Source: a virus. Taken from it: 64,000 bases of DNA. A model generated the notes under the pieces. The model was not told the origin of the DNA. It made no database searches and saw only the letters and a program-made list of their open reading frames with translations. Numbering within the stretch: the first letter of the stretch is position 1; the number at the start of each line of letters is the position of its first letter. Below are positions 27,949 through 36,370 of the stretch, piece after piece. Position numbers and translations under genes: made by a program. The DNA lies in IMG/VR virus record IMGVR_UViG_3300047510_001668, positions 64,001 to 128,000 of that record; one strand, given 5' to 3'.

Positions 27949-28173
27949 TTACCATTCATCCCTGAGCCTTGCCTGTTCATCCTCCCATTCCCATCGCGCG
28001 TCCCAATACTCCCGAGCTGTCAAGCCCGCCTGATTGCTGGGGCCGTGATAGAAGCCGCCTGAGAGTGATTGATCCTGCTTCACGAACTCTTGAACGTGAT
28101 CCTCCTGCCACCCCTCACTGCGATAGAACTCCTCTGCCGTTACCTTCGTGTCGAAATCGTCGAACCCATTCAT
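27949..28173 (-). CDS. hypothetical protein
   Basis: MNGFDDFDTKV... Confidence 0.55.
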   Translation of the reverse strand: MNGFDDFDTKVTAEEFYRSEGWQEDHVQEFVKQDQSLSGGFYHGPSNQAGLTAREYWDARWEWEDEQARLRDEW

Positions 28174-28174
28174 C

Positions 28175-28438
28175 TCACACCCCTCCCGTGACATACACAC
28201 GAAGATAATGTCTCCCTGAACTGAAAAACCCTGAACCCACCCACAACCCCTTGCCATTCACCCATGACTCTGTGACCTCTATGTTCGTCATCCCACCATC
28301 ATCTATCAATATCTGTTTCGCCTCATCCACGTGAATTCCACAGTTGATGTATGTGAACCGTTTCCGTCCATCCTTCATTGTTTCTGAATAACTCATTCCC
28401 ACTCCAAGTTCCTGACTGATTCTGTTCCTGAGTGTCAT
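28175..28438 (-). CDS. hypothetical protein
   Basis: Coupled ORF. Confidence 0.6.
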   Translation of the reverse strand: MTLRNRISQELGVGMSYSETMKDGRKRFTYINCGIHVDEAKQILIDDGGMTNIEVTESWVNGKGLWVGSGFFSSGRHYLRVYVTGGV

Positions 28439-28632
28439 TATTCCATCTCCTTCCAGTTGTTGTTCAAAAAGTCTTGCCGTGTCGTGAATCCCAGAGAATC
28501 ATCCAACCACTCATTATCATCACAGTCTGTTTGATGATAGAAAGTTCCCAAGTTCGTCTCCATCACGAACCCATTGTCTGTTTCATATTCATGTTTGATG
28601 ATGTAACTCTGTCCAAAATCGTTGTCTTTCAT
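28438..28632 (-). CDS. hypothetical protein
   Basis: First gene after promoter at 28662. Confidence 0.6.
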   Translation of the reverse strand: MKDNDFGQSYIIKHEYETDNGFVMETNLGTFYHQTDCDDNEWLDDSLGFTTRQDFLNNNWKEME

Positions 28633-28661
28633 TGTTTTTCTCTGTTGTTGAATGTATCATG

Positions 28662-28717
28662 AATCTAACATAGAAACAGAGAAAACACAAGAATGGAAAT
28701 GTAACGGATGTGTAACG
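28662..28717 (-). promoter_or_regulatory. early promoter with tandem GTTAC box
   Basis: TTGTGT-17-TAGATT; CGTTACACATCCGTTAC at same offset. Confidence 0.65.
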
Positions 28718-28753
28718 AAAAAGTTTGTGATGTGCATCACAATGTGACCTGGG

Positions 28754-28957
28754 TCACAGCCGAGCGCGCATCTCAGCGATACGGGCCCGGGTCACACGGC
28801 TGGGAGTCAACTGCTCCAGCAGATGTATTTGCTTCAGATAATAGGGACGCCAGGCTAAACGATCCGCCTCGGTCACCTTGTTGCCCGGCGCGTCAGGGCC
28901 ATGATCCCGTAGCCACTCACGCTGCTTACGCTGCTTCGTCGCTGCTGATGTTTTCAC
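28754..28957 (-). CDS. hypothetical basic protein
   Basis: GGAG RBS, first gene after promoter at 28983. Confidence 0.6.
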   Translation of the reverse strand: MKTSAATKQRKQREWLRDHGPDAPGNKVTEADRLAWRPYYLKQIHLLEQLTPSRVTRARIAEMRARL

Positions 28958-28982
28958 AGGGTCTCCTTGTAGTGTGTCCTGG

Positions 28983-29037
28983 AATATACTACCATTTCAG
29001 AGAAAACACAAGAATGGAAATGTAACGGAATTGTAAC
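28983..29037 (-). promoter_or_regulatory. early promoter with tandem GTTAC box; 32 bp direct repeat of 28677-28708
   Basis: TTGTGT-17-TATATT; 28998-29029 identical to 28677-28708. Confidence 0.7.
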
Positions 29038-29041
29038 AGAA

Positions 29042-29067
29042 AGTTATCAACATTTTTGTTGATAACT
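29042..29067. repeat. perfect inverted repeat
   Basis: AGTTATCAACA-TTTT-TGTTGATAACT. Confidence 0.85.
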
Positions 29068-29247
29068 CAGAAATTTGATATGGAAATCGTTGGAATTCCG
29101 TGACGCGCGGGAGTCCCCAGGCCCCAGGACAGCGCACCCAATAGCAAAAAAGCGCTGAGCGCTATTAGCGCTAGCCATCACCACCTCTGAACTCACCCCA
29201 TCTCACGCAATGCGCATGCACGTCACATGGCGCATGCACACACATGA

Positions 29248-29346
29248 CCCGCGATTTTTCTGCTGCTGGCCCGCGAAATTTCCCGCAACCCACCCGTGAA
29301 ACATCCCGCGTTTCCTCCCGCGTTCCTGCCCGCTAGAAATCCCGCC
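29248..29346. repeat. phased CCCG(C) array, iteron-like
   Basis: CCCG at 29248, 29270, 29282, 29293, 29305, 29317, 29329, 29341. Confidence 0.7.
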
Positions 29347-29518
29347 GTTTCATCTCCTGGAACAACTCCAGGGCAGCTTCCATGTCATCATCATTGCGCA
29401 GAGTGGTGGGATCCTGATAGCGTGCACCCATGGGCTTTTTCGGCAGCTTCTTCATCTTTTTCAGTAAAGATTGCAATTCCCGCTCTTGTTTTGATAGCTT
29501 TTTCTTTTCTTTTGTCAT
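29333..29518 (-). CDS. hypothetical basic protein
   Basis: MTKEKKKLSKQ...; start uncertain. Confidence 0.45.
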   Translation of the reverse strand: MTKEKKKLSKQERELQSLLKKMKKLPKKPMGARYQDPTTLRNDDDMEAALELFQEMKRRDF

Positions 29519-29534
29519 AGTTGTTTCCTGATTG

Positions 29535-29542
29535 TATAAATA
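29535..29542 (+). promoter_or_regulatory. late promoter TATAAATA
   Basis: Exact consensus facing the plus-strand block. Confidence 0.6.
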
Positions 29543-29603
29543 TGGTTGTTTCCTTCTCGTTCTACCACAACTGTTGCTCCTCATCCTCTTGTTGACTTTC
29601 TCT

Positions 29604-29732
29604 ATGCGACATGTTATCTTTTCTCTTATATATCTCCCTGTACTAGTTCTAGGCATACTGACCATATCTCTGGTGGCAGCTTGCCACACCATCGTCACCT
29701 ACATCTCCTCCATCTGGACACCTAAACCATGA
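29604..29732 (+). CDS. possible small membrane protein
   Basis: MRHVIFSLIYLPVLVLG...; ATGA overlap with next gene. Confidence 0.35.
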   Translation: MRHVIFSLIYLPVLVLGILTISLVAACHTIVTYISSIWTPKP

Positions 29733-30007
29733 AATTTCTACATTTAAAGCCCATCTCCCTGACCAACACAGCTGAACACCGTATCCATCAAAGAAAATGG
29801 TTGGCCGTGGTGATTCTGGTTGTGGGCGGTCTGTTGCTAGCTTCCAAAGCCCCTGTGCCCATGGCGTTCAGCTATTTTCTGTTGTTTTTTGGACACGCGG
29901 GCATGCTGCATCAGATGTACCTGAAGCGTGATGTGCCATTGTTTCTCATCAACATCATCTGGTGTGGCATTGATGTGCTGGGCATGGTGCGTTGGTGGGG
30001 TCATTGA
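29729..30007 (+). CDS. small membrane protein
   Basis: Three hydrophobic segments; TGATG coupling. Confidence 0.65.
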   Translation: MKFLHLKPISLTNTAEHRIHQRKWLAVVILVVGGLLLASKAPVPMAFSYFLLFFGHAGMLHQMYLKRDVPLFLINIIWCGIDVLGMVRWWGH

Positions 30008-30417
30008 TGCATCAGCTGGACATGAAACTGTGTGTGGATGTCTGCAGAATGCTGGCCAGAAGAAGTCGTGCCACGCGGGCCCAAGTGGGCTCGGTGTTGT
30101 GGCACCCTGGCAAGCGAACCATTGTGAGTCTGGGATACAATGGCACACCTGAAGGGGAGGACAACCTCATGGAAGCTGATGGCAGAACCCTGGACACCGT
30201 GGTGCATGCTGAAGAAAATGTTCTACGCAAAGTCCATTGGTGGACCGCCAGAAAATGCTATTTGTTTGTCACGCATGCGCCATGTCGCCGCTGTGCTCGG
30301 CGTATCATCAGCAAAGGTGTGAAAAAGGTGTACTATCTGGACAATTACGGGGAACCTTCGGGCGTGGCCTTGTTGAGAACCTCGGGTGTCCAGGTGATAC
30401 GATTGTTCAGCCAATGA
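30007..30417 (+). CDS. cd: dCMP deaminase family protein
   Basis: QVGSVL, GYNGTP, HAEEN, PCRRC. Confidence 0.88.
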   Translation: MHQLDMKLCVDVCRMLARRSRATRAQVGSVLWHPGKRTIVSLGYNGTPEGEDNLMEADGRTLDTVVHAEENVLRKVHWWTARKCYLFVTHAPCRRCARRIISKGVKKVYYLDNYGEPSGVALLRTSGVQVIRLFSQ

Positions 30418-30914
30418 TATTTGTCTACTGGACACCTGCTGGGGTGATGCTGTCCGACAAAACCTTCCGGGAACTACAACGATTACACCCCAAGTTGGAG
30501 CTGTTGCGTCAGTTCCGAACCATTCAGGATGCCCGTGTGTACTGTCAGAAGATGCGTTTTCAAGTGGTTCTGGATGAACAGCCAGAATGGACAGGCATCA
30601 CACCTGAAGGAAGAGAAAGAATGCGTGAGAAGAAAAGGGGGGAGAACAATCCCAACGCAGGGGGATTGTCACCTGAACACCGAAGAAAAATCAGTGAAAA
30701 CAAACGAAGAATGTATCAGCGAGATGGCAACCCCATGTGGAACCAAAGACATCGCCCCCGAGCCAGATTGCTGATTGGCATGGCCAACATTCGTCGCCGT
30801 GGCAGACGCTGGGCTGTGGATGACCAGGGGCGTGAACATTTCCTGGTGCCAGGTAGCACGCTGCCCCCGGGGTGGGCCTGGGGGCGCGCTCGGAACGTGA
30901 ATCATCATTTCTGA
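30414..30914 (+). CDS. NUMOD3-like DNA-binding protein
   Basis: KRGENNPN, SPEHRRKISE, GNPMWN motifs; no clear nuclease motif. Confidence 0.55.
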   Translation: MIFVYWTPAGVMLSDKTFRELQRLHPKLELLRQFRTIQDARVYCQKMRFQVVLDEQPEWTGITPEGRERMREKKRGENNPNAGGLSPEHRRKISENKRRMYQRDGNPMWNQRHRPRARLLIGMANIRRRGRRWAVDDQGREHFLVPGSTLPPGWAWGRARNVNHHF

Positions 30915-31363
30915 TATTTTCTGTTCACGCTGTCCTGTTCCATCACGGTTTTCACTCCATGACAGAATTTACATAATGTTTGCAGATTGTCAGGATGATT
31001 GTTTTCATGATTGCCATCCTTGTGATCCACATCCATCAAGGTGCGATAGATTTCATTCTTTCTGATGGCAGGCACCTGATGCCAATCCTCATCAGGATGT
31101 AGCATCTGGTGATGCCGTTCAGCCAGTTCTCGAACATCCTGTCCACAACATTCACAGATGTAGGCGCGATGGAAGCTGTAGGGTTTATCCAACACAGCCA
31201 ACCCACCATACTCCTTCAACATGGCACGATGGTCATCACACAACTCCTTGCCTGGACCATCCCAGAGCGTCCTGATGGCGCCACAGAAGGGTACTACACA
31301 GGTGTGTGCCTGGTCCGCCTGAATCATCACCACGGTTTTCATGGTTTCATGTAATTCACGCAT
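30905..31363 (-). CDS. HNH endonuclease
   Basis: CECCG...DVDHKDGNHENNHPDNLQTLCKFCH. Confidence 0.85.
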   Translation of the reverse strand: MRELHETMKTVVMIQADQAHTCVVPFCGAIRTLWDGPGKELCDDHRAMLKEYGGLAVLDKPYSFHRAYICECCGQDVRELAERHHQMLHPDEDWHQVPAIRKNEIYRTLMDVDHKDGNHENNHPDNLQTLCKFCHGVKTVMEQDSVNRKYQK

Positions 31364-31364
31364 G

Positions 31365-32558
31365 TTACACCAGATGATGAGTGTTGGGCCAGAACCCACT
31401 GGCCTTGGTTCTGGCAAAGCTCTTCATGGTGGCAAGGCTGGGTAATGACACCTTCAGATTGGCAGCACGAAGTGACTCCGTGAACAGCACCACGCTCATC
31501 AGGTAGTAATCAGTGCTCCAGGTGGTTCTCATGTGCTCGGACACATCTTCATCCGTGTCCACCCAATCATGGACAGCATCCTTGCACTTCACATACAAAC
31601 TGTCTGGGAAACTGCTCCACTTGGTGCCATGCTTCACGAAATCATGGTTGAACACCTCGCTGGCCCAATGATACACCTTGCGAACCTCCTGTTCTGTCCA
31701 ATGTGCGGTGTTGTCAATGGCATGCAGGCGGAAGAATTCCATCAGGATGTCCTGTTCATGCACCGTGATGGCACGCTTCTTCGCCACGCCTGAATGTTTC
31801 ATGTATTCAGCAAAACGAATCAACACATCCTCGGACTCGGTTTTCCATTCCGAGAAACGAGTCAAGGCACCTGGGAGATGTCTATCCATTTTGAATTCCT
31901 GTGTGAAGAACATATCATGTGCCTCCACCACATTCTGTATCAAGGCATGCTTCTTGGCATCCGAGCTGGTGTCATGATTGATACGATGATTGATGACATA
32001 CAACCGATGCCAATCCGCCTCGGAAATCTTTTGAGCATTATTGTTGATGCTTAGAAACAGAGTGCGAACCTGGTCGCTTCCCAGGTCCTCCAGCTTGCCT
32101 GAGAACGTGGCCACAGGCACCTGTTGGGTGTCTGGCAACTGAAACACCTGTGTGTAAATCACCCACAAAGAAATCACGGTGTGCTGACCATCCACCACCA
32201 CGTACTTCTGGTGCGTGTCGCTCCAGAACACACGTGCAGGCTGCACCTGCAGGCTGTCAAAGTTCATGAGAATTCTGGAAACATGGCTGAGATCCAGCTC
32301 TCGCTGAAGATGTCCCAGAAACATCAATTCATTCAGGGAAACACTTTTCGCCTGAACCATGTTCATGCTGTTCAGGGAGGTGATGTGGTGGCCAGCGGCT
32401 TTCACAGTTTCACGGAGCCAGAGCTGGGATTGAGCGGGGGAAAATGTTTCCTGCACCGCTTCTGTCAGGCGCTCCTCACAGGTTTGAGGATGCATGGCGT
32501 CAATGTACGCCTTGGTGAGCTTCTCATTCTTTTGAGAAGCATACAACGGGTTCTTCAT
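31365..32558 (-). CDS. ParB/Srx-like (DGQH) domain protein
   Basis: QRELD..HV..I..NFD, YVVVDGQHT, LF..IN. Confidence 0.65.
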   Translation of the reverse strand: MKNPLYASQKNEKLTKAYIDAMHPQTCEERLTEAVQETFSPAQSQLWLRETVKAAGHHITSLNSMNMVQAKSVSLNELMFLGHLQRELDLSHVSRILMNFDSLQVQPARVFWSDTHQKYVVVDGQHTVISLWVIYTQVFQLPDTQQVPVATFSGKLEDLGSDQVRTLFLSINNNAQKISEADWHRLYVINHRINHDTSSDAKKHALIQNVVEAHDMFFTQEFKMDRHLPGALTRFSEWKTESEDVLIRFAEYMKHSGVAKKRAITVHEQDILMEFFRLHAIDNTAHWTEQEVRKVYHWASEVFNHDFVKHGTKWSSFPDSLYVKCKDAVHDWVDTDEDVSEHMRTTWSTDYYLMSVVLFTESLRAANLKVSLPSLATMKSFARTKASGFWPNTHHLV

Positions 32559-32655
32559 ATGTATTCTCCTTCTTACTCCTGATTATGGCTCAGGCGAGTG
32601 CCACACATGTTATGGTAGTCATGGTCTACTTGACCTCACATGAGGTCCATTCTGG

Positions 32656-32684
32656 AGTATACACACATCTCAACAACATGTCAA
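32656..32684 (-). promoter_or_regulatory. early promoter
   Basis: TTGACA-17-TATACT. Confidence 0.7.
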
Positions 32685-32905
32685 GCATGTGTTTCACCAT
32701 TTACTTTTTCAATGATTCCTTTTGTGCTTTTCGACATTTCATGCAATAGCTGTTTTCCTTTTTCAACAGCTTCTGACACCAGAAACTCAGGCACTTGTAT
32801 TTGGAATTCATGCATCCAGGTGAACGTTCCGGCTTCCAGGCCCAGCTCATGAGGTGTACTCCTTGATTCGGCGTTGAAATTCTCGGTCACGCTTGTGAGC
32901 ACCAT
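32681..32905 (-). CDS. hypothetical protein
   Basis: Operon orientation. Confidence 0.5.
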   Translation of the reverse strand: MVLTSVTENFNAESRSTPHELGLEAGTFTWMHEFQIQVPEFLVSEAVEKGKQLLHEMSKSTKGIIEKVNGETHA

Positions 32906-33029
32906 TTCGATTAGGTTCCACCATTCGCAGATGGTCAGTCAAACCACCCACAGCGTCACCATTCTTTCGAATAGGCTCCCAGCTCTGAAACTCCTCGTAC
33001 TCCTCGTCCAGATAGTCCCACTTGCTCAT
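32847..33029 (-). CDS. hypothetical protein
   Basis: MSKWDYLDEEYEEF...; ATGA coupling. Confidence 0.5.
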   Translation of the reverse strand: MSKWDYLDEEYEEFQSWEPIRKNGDAVGGLTDHLRMVEPNRNGAHKRDREFQRRIKEYTS

Positions 33030-33109
33030 TGAATCACCTTGTCTAGGATGAATATGATAACCACAGAAATCAGAAACATCTTGGCACCAAACCATACAGG
33101 CCATGTCAT
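33026..33109 (-). CDS. 27-aa single-TM microprotein (not in track)
   Basis: MTWPVWFGAKMFLISVVIIFILDKVIQ; ATGA overlaps both sides. Confidence 0.5.
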   Translation of the reverse strand: MTWPVWFGAKMFLISVVIIFILDKVIQ

Positions 33110-33228
33110 GAAATGTCTCGCTCCTCATCTTTCTTGATGAGATAGTAGCTGATTTGAGCATACAATGCACTAAACAATACAAAGATTGCGCCCACACAGA
33201 CCAGAACAACACCAATCTTGAATAGCAT
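33106..33228 (-). CDS. 40-aa single-TM microprotein (not in track)
   Basis: MLFKIGVVLVCVGAIFVLFSALYAQISYYLIKKDEERDIS. Confidence 0.55.
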   Translation of the reverse strand: MLFKIGVVLVCVGAIFVLFSALYAQISYYLIKKDEERDIS

Positions 33229-33229
33229 A

Positions 33230-33331
33230 TCAGACCCGCTTCCAAATCAAGTAAATCATGATGGTGAATCCAATGGCAGCGGACACCCACCCTGCGTTCC
33301 CACGGCTCAACCAAACACCAATGGCTTCCAT
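33230..33331 (-). CDS. 33-aa single-TM microprotein (not in track)
   Basis: MEAIGVWLSRGNAGWVSAAIGFTIMIYLIWKRV; TGATG coupling. Confidence 0.55.
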   Translation of the reverse strand: MEAIGVWLSRGNAGWVSAAIGFTIMIYLIWKRV

Positions 33332-33585
33332 CAGAACCCCCAGGTCTTCACAGCCTGACGCATATGCTGTTGCTGTGGCGTGTGAGAAATGGTGACCCAG
33401 GCATCGGCGATGCTCGCCTCCACAATGTCATGAGCATACACACTACCCATCTCCGTGACATAGCCTTCCACTGCTGCCAGGCGAGTGTTACCACGTGCAT
33501 TGTCCACCAGAGTGGCATACCAACCGTTCGCCAGCTTCACACGCGTTCCCTTCTTCAGGTCATTGGTCTTAACCAAGCTCGACAT
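33331..33585 (-). CDS. hypothetical protein
   Basis: MSSLVKTNDLKKGTRV...; GGAG RBS. Confidence 0.65.
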   Translation of the reverse strand: MSSLVKTNDLKKGTRVKLANGWYATLVDNARGNTRLAAVEGYVTEMGSVYAHDIVEASIADAWVTISHTPQQQHMRQAVKTWGF

Positions 33586-33775
33586 CTGTAGTCTCCTTTT
33601 GTGGATATAAAGTTTCCCAACAATCTCGACACATCTGGCCTGCACCTTCAATGTAATACAATCGTTGCTGAATGTCAAGTGTTTTTGGTGTACCAGTTAA
33701 TTCTTTACAACTAATACACCGCTCATACAACTCCTCCTTGTGTATTTGGCGTTGAATGAACATTCCATCCGTCAT
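33569..33775 (-). CDS. small Cys-rich hypothetical
   Basis: CISC...YYIEGAGQMCRDC. Confidence 0.6.
   Translation of the reverse strand: MTDGMFIQRQIHKEELYERCISCKELTGTPKTLDIQQRLYYIEGAGQMCRDCWETLYPQKETTDVELG
33650..33678 (-). promoter_or_regulatory. early promoter
   Basis: TTGACA-17-TACATT. Confidence 0.6.
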
Positions 33776-33999
33776 ACCAAATACCCCGCGGAGTGCTTGC
33801 ACTTTCTCCGATAGGTAAACCCAGGGCAATCGCATACCACTCTCCCATTATTATGAATTTCCACAATGTATTTTCCCACATGCTTCTTCTTCACCTGCGA
33901 CTTCACTTGAACAGGACGAATCCAATCAATGTCATCCAATGTGGTACCCTCAGGAACCACGGTCCAGGTGGGCATCACAATGGTCTTGCCACCCAACAC
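33772..33999 (-). CDS. SWIM zinc-finger protein
   Basis: CDCPGFTYRRKCKH. Confidence 0.8.
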   Translation of the reverse strand: MLGGKTIVMPTWTVVPEGTTLDDIDWIRPVQVKSQVKKKHVGKYIVEIHNNGRVVCDCPGFTYRRKCKHSAGYLV

Positions 34000-34172
34000 A
34001 GCAATGGCAGGATTGTGAATGCTGGTGATGCCATCACCTGCTGTCCTTCATAATGAGCCAGCGCCTGAACCTCATAGAAATCATTCTCACACTCAGGCGT
34101 GCAAAACTCCTGATCCTCGTCAATCCATTCACCGCAGATGCAAAGCTTGGGATCCATCAGGTCGGGATTCAT
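33975..34172 (-). CDS. small zinc-binding hypothetical
   Basis: CICG...FCTPEC. Confidence 0.5.
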   Translation of the reverse strand: MNPDLMDPKLCICGEWIDEDQEFCTPECENDFYEVQALAHYEGQQVMASPAFTILPLLCWVARPL

Positions 34173-34199
34173 ACATCCTCACGTTGAAGTTATACATGA

Positions 34200-34262
34200 A
34201 ATATAACAAAAAAGGGGACCTTTGTCAAGTCCCCTTCTAAGTGCTTGAAAATCAACAACTTA
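34200..34262 (-). promoter_or_regulatory. terminator + early promoter + 25-bp palindrome (copy 2)
   Basis: AAGGGGAC..GTCCCCTTTTTT hairpin around TTGACA-17-TATATT; TAAGT-GC-TTG-AAAAT-CAA-CA-ACTTA at 34238-34262. Confidence 0.78.
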
Positions 34263-35030
34263 CAGTGGTATAGACGCCGCTGTCAAGAAGATGCGATAGT
34301 TATCAGAACTATGGTCTTTGGCATCACCTGTAATAGTGTTGATAAGACTCCGAGGACTTGCCAATCCCAACAACTTTAATGGATTAAAGGTGCGTTCATA
34401 ATTCAATGTGGCAACACCTTTATCATTAATATGATGCATGGTGCCGCAATGATAGAACATAGGAGCAAAAGGAATCTTGGTGACAATATCACCATCATTC
34501 ACCCAACGATGATGTTCAAATGGCAAGGTATTGAAAAAGTTCACAAACTTTCTGTTACCTACCCGAGGACTACCATAGGTGAATAATGCTGTAGGAGTAG
34601 GTGTTAAATCATACGTGGCAAACCGATAGGCCATGATGGTGGCCATGGCAGCACCTAAGCTATGTCCTGTGAACCACACATTCTTTTCTGTTTTCTTCAC
34701 ATCCACACCACGTGTCAGAATGGGAGCCCACACCTTATCCACATAATGATTGAATCCAATATGAATTTTACCTACACGTGCATCCGTCTTGGAAATACTT
34801 AAATCTGCCTTGATGTCGGCAATTTGCTTCACTTCTGTACCACGGCATGCCACAATCATGTCTGTATCATTTTCCAACACAAAGGCGTCAGATCCTTTGT
34901 ATCCATAATACATGACATCATAACCTTTCATTCCAAATACAGTGCGAACAGCTTCAGGTTTGTTGTAGACATAGTTGCTGAGTTGAGCAAAAAATGCACT
35001 TTGTTCGATTAGATTCATCTTTTTTATCAT
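34260..35030 (-). CDS. class 3 lipase (alpha/beta hydrolase)
   Basis: ACRGTE, IHIGF, TGHSLGAA, TYGSPRVG, DIVTKIP, H. Confidence 0.93.
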   Translation of the reverse strand: MIKKMNLIEQSAFFAQLSNYVYNKPEAVRTVFGMKGYDVMYYGYKGSDAFVLENDTDMIVACRGTEVKQIADIKADLSISKTDARVGKIHIGFNHYVDKVWAPILTRGVDVKKTEKNVWFTGHSLGAAMATIMAYRFATYDLTPTPTALFTYGSPRVGNRKFVNFFNTLPFEHHRWVNDGDIVTKIPFAPMFYHCGTMHHINDKGVATLNYERTFNPLKLLGLASPRSLINTITGDAKDHSSDNYRIFLTAASIPL

Positions 35031-36370
35031 AGCGTCATCCTTGATCCTACGAGTAGGAAGTTTAAAGGTTTTTGATTTTGTACCATCATCACACGATGAG
35101 CAATGGTGGCGCCGAAACGTTTTGTGACTTTGTAATCTAATGAATTACCCACCATCATGCTAGTGGCTTTGTTGGTGACTAATTTGGTCATGTCACTATA
35201 TGATACAGGACTTGCCATCACAAAGAATTGTGGTGATAGCACCATGCGTTCATTCAATGTGATGGGGGGATGCATCCAGAAGCCTACCAGACTTGTGGCA
35301 TAGCTGGTGCCACCATCAGGCATGAACAAGGCAATCATACCGCCACTGATGCCTGCCACACCCCAACGAGGGCTTGGCTTTACATATGTATATCCCACCA
35401 AGGTCATCTTGGTGCCTTTCAAATAGGCTGCTGTGGCAGAATGGCTGCTGATGCTTGACAACTTACCTTTTTTGAAATTCATTTTGGTGTAACTGCCTGA
35501 TACAGCAGCTTGATCCAATGTGGTCCAGATGATGGCTGTACCACCATAACTCTTGTCGCCTGCCAAACTGCTTTGTGACACACCCACTGTGAATAATGCT
35601 GTCAAACTACCATCAGGGTTCTGTCCTGCTGTCAAGTCTGATGCCACCATGATGGGATTCACAGCCTCGGATTTCTTTTTCTCTTCCTTCTTTTCTTCTT
35701 TTTTCTCTTCGGACTTTTCTTCAGACTTGCTTTCAGACTTGCTTTCTTCTGATTTGCTTTCTGATTTAGTTTCTGAGGAAGATTCTGACTTGGCTTCGGT
35801 CTTGGTTTCTGTGGGCTTGGATTCACTACTACTGGAGCTGGCAGGTGCTGGTTCTGATGAGGAACTGCTAGGAGCAGGAGTAGAGCTGCTGCTGGATGGA
35901 GCAGGTGTTGCTGGAGCTGGGGGAGGAGGTGTGCTTGTGGCTGCTGATGTGGCAGCCGAGCCCGCAGCACTGCTTGCTGCTGAACTGGCTGCACTACTGG
36001 CTGCTGATGATGCAGCGGCACTGGCAGCTGATGATGCGGCGGCAGTAGCGGCGGCCGTGGCAGCTTGTGTTGCCACTGTGGTAGTGGTTTGTGTCACCAC
36101 AGGATTGTTCGCAACAGGACAAGGCACAGTGGCAGTAACCTGTGCCACCCATGCCTGTAGTTCTCCTGCTTGTGCCTGTTGTGCCGTGAATACTTTAGAT
36201 GCTCCACGATACATCACCATGACACCCACATTACTCAAAGGAAATGTAGCTGTTTGTACTGTATTAGTACACGGATCCACCCAAGTTTGTACCACAACTT
36301 GGGCCTTACCACAGCTTGTGGCTGTGAACAACAGAACAGCTAATGCCGTAGCAAGATATCTCATTTTCAT
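35027..36370 (-). CDS. secreted protein with Ala/Ser/Pro/Glu/Lys linker and beta-rich C-terminal domain
   Basis: Signal peptide, low-complexity 35640-36090, amphipathic beta strands. Confidence 0.75.
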   Translation of the reverse strand: MKMRYLATALAVLLFTATSCGKAQVVVQTWVDPCTNTVQTATFPLSNVGVMVMYRGASKVFTAQQAQAGELQAWVAQVTATVPCPVANNPVVTQTTTTVATQAATAAATAAASSAASAAASSAASSAASSAASSAAGSAATSAATSTPPPPAPATPAPSSSSSTPAPSSSSSEPAPASSSSSESKPTETKTEAKSESSSETKSESKSEESKSESKSEEKSEEKKEEKKEEKKKSEAVNPIMVASDLTAGQNPDGSLTALFTVGVSQSSLAGDKSYGGTAIIWTTLDQAAVSGSYTKMNFKKGKLSSISSHSATAAYLKGTKMTLVGYTYVKPSPRWGVAGISGGMIALFMPDGGTSYATSLVGFWMHPPITLNERMVLSPQFFVMASPVSYSDMTKLVTNKATSMMVGNSLDYKVTKRFGATIAHRVMMVQNQKPLNFLLVGSRMTL

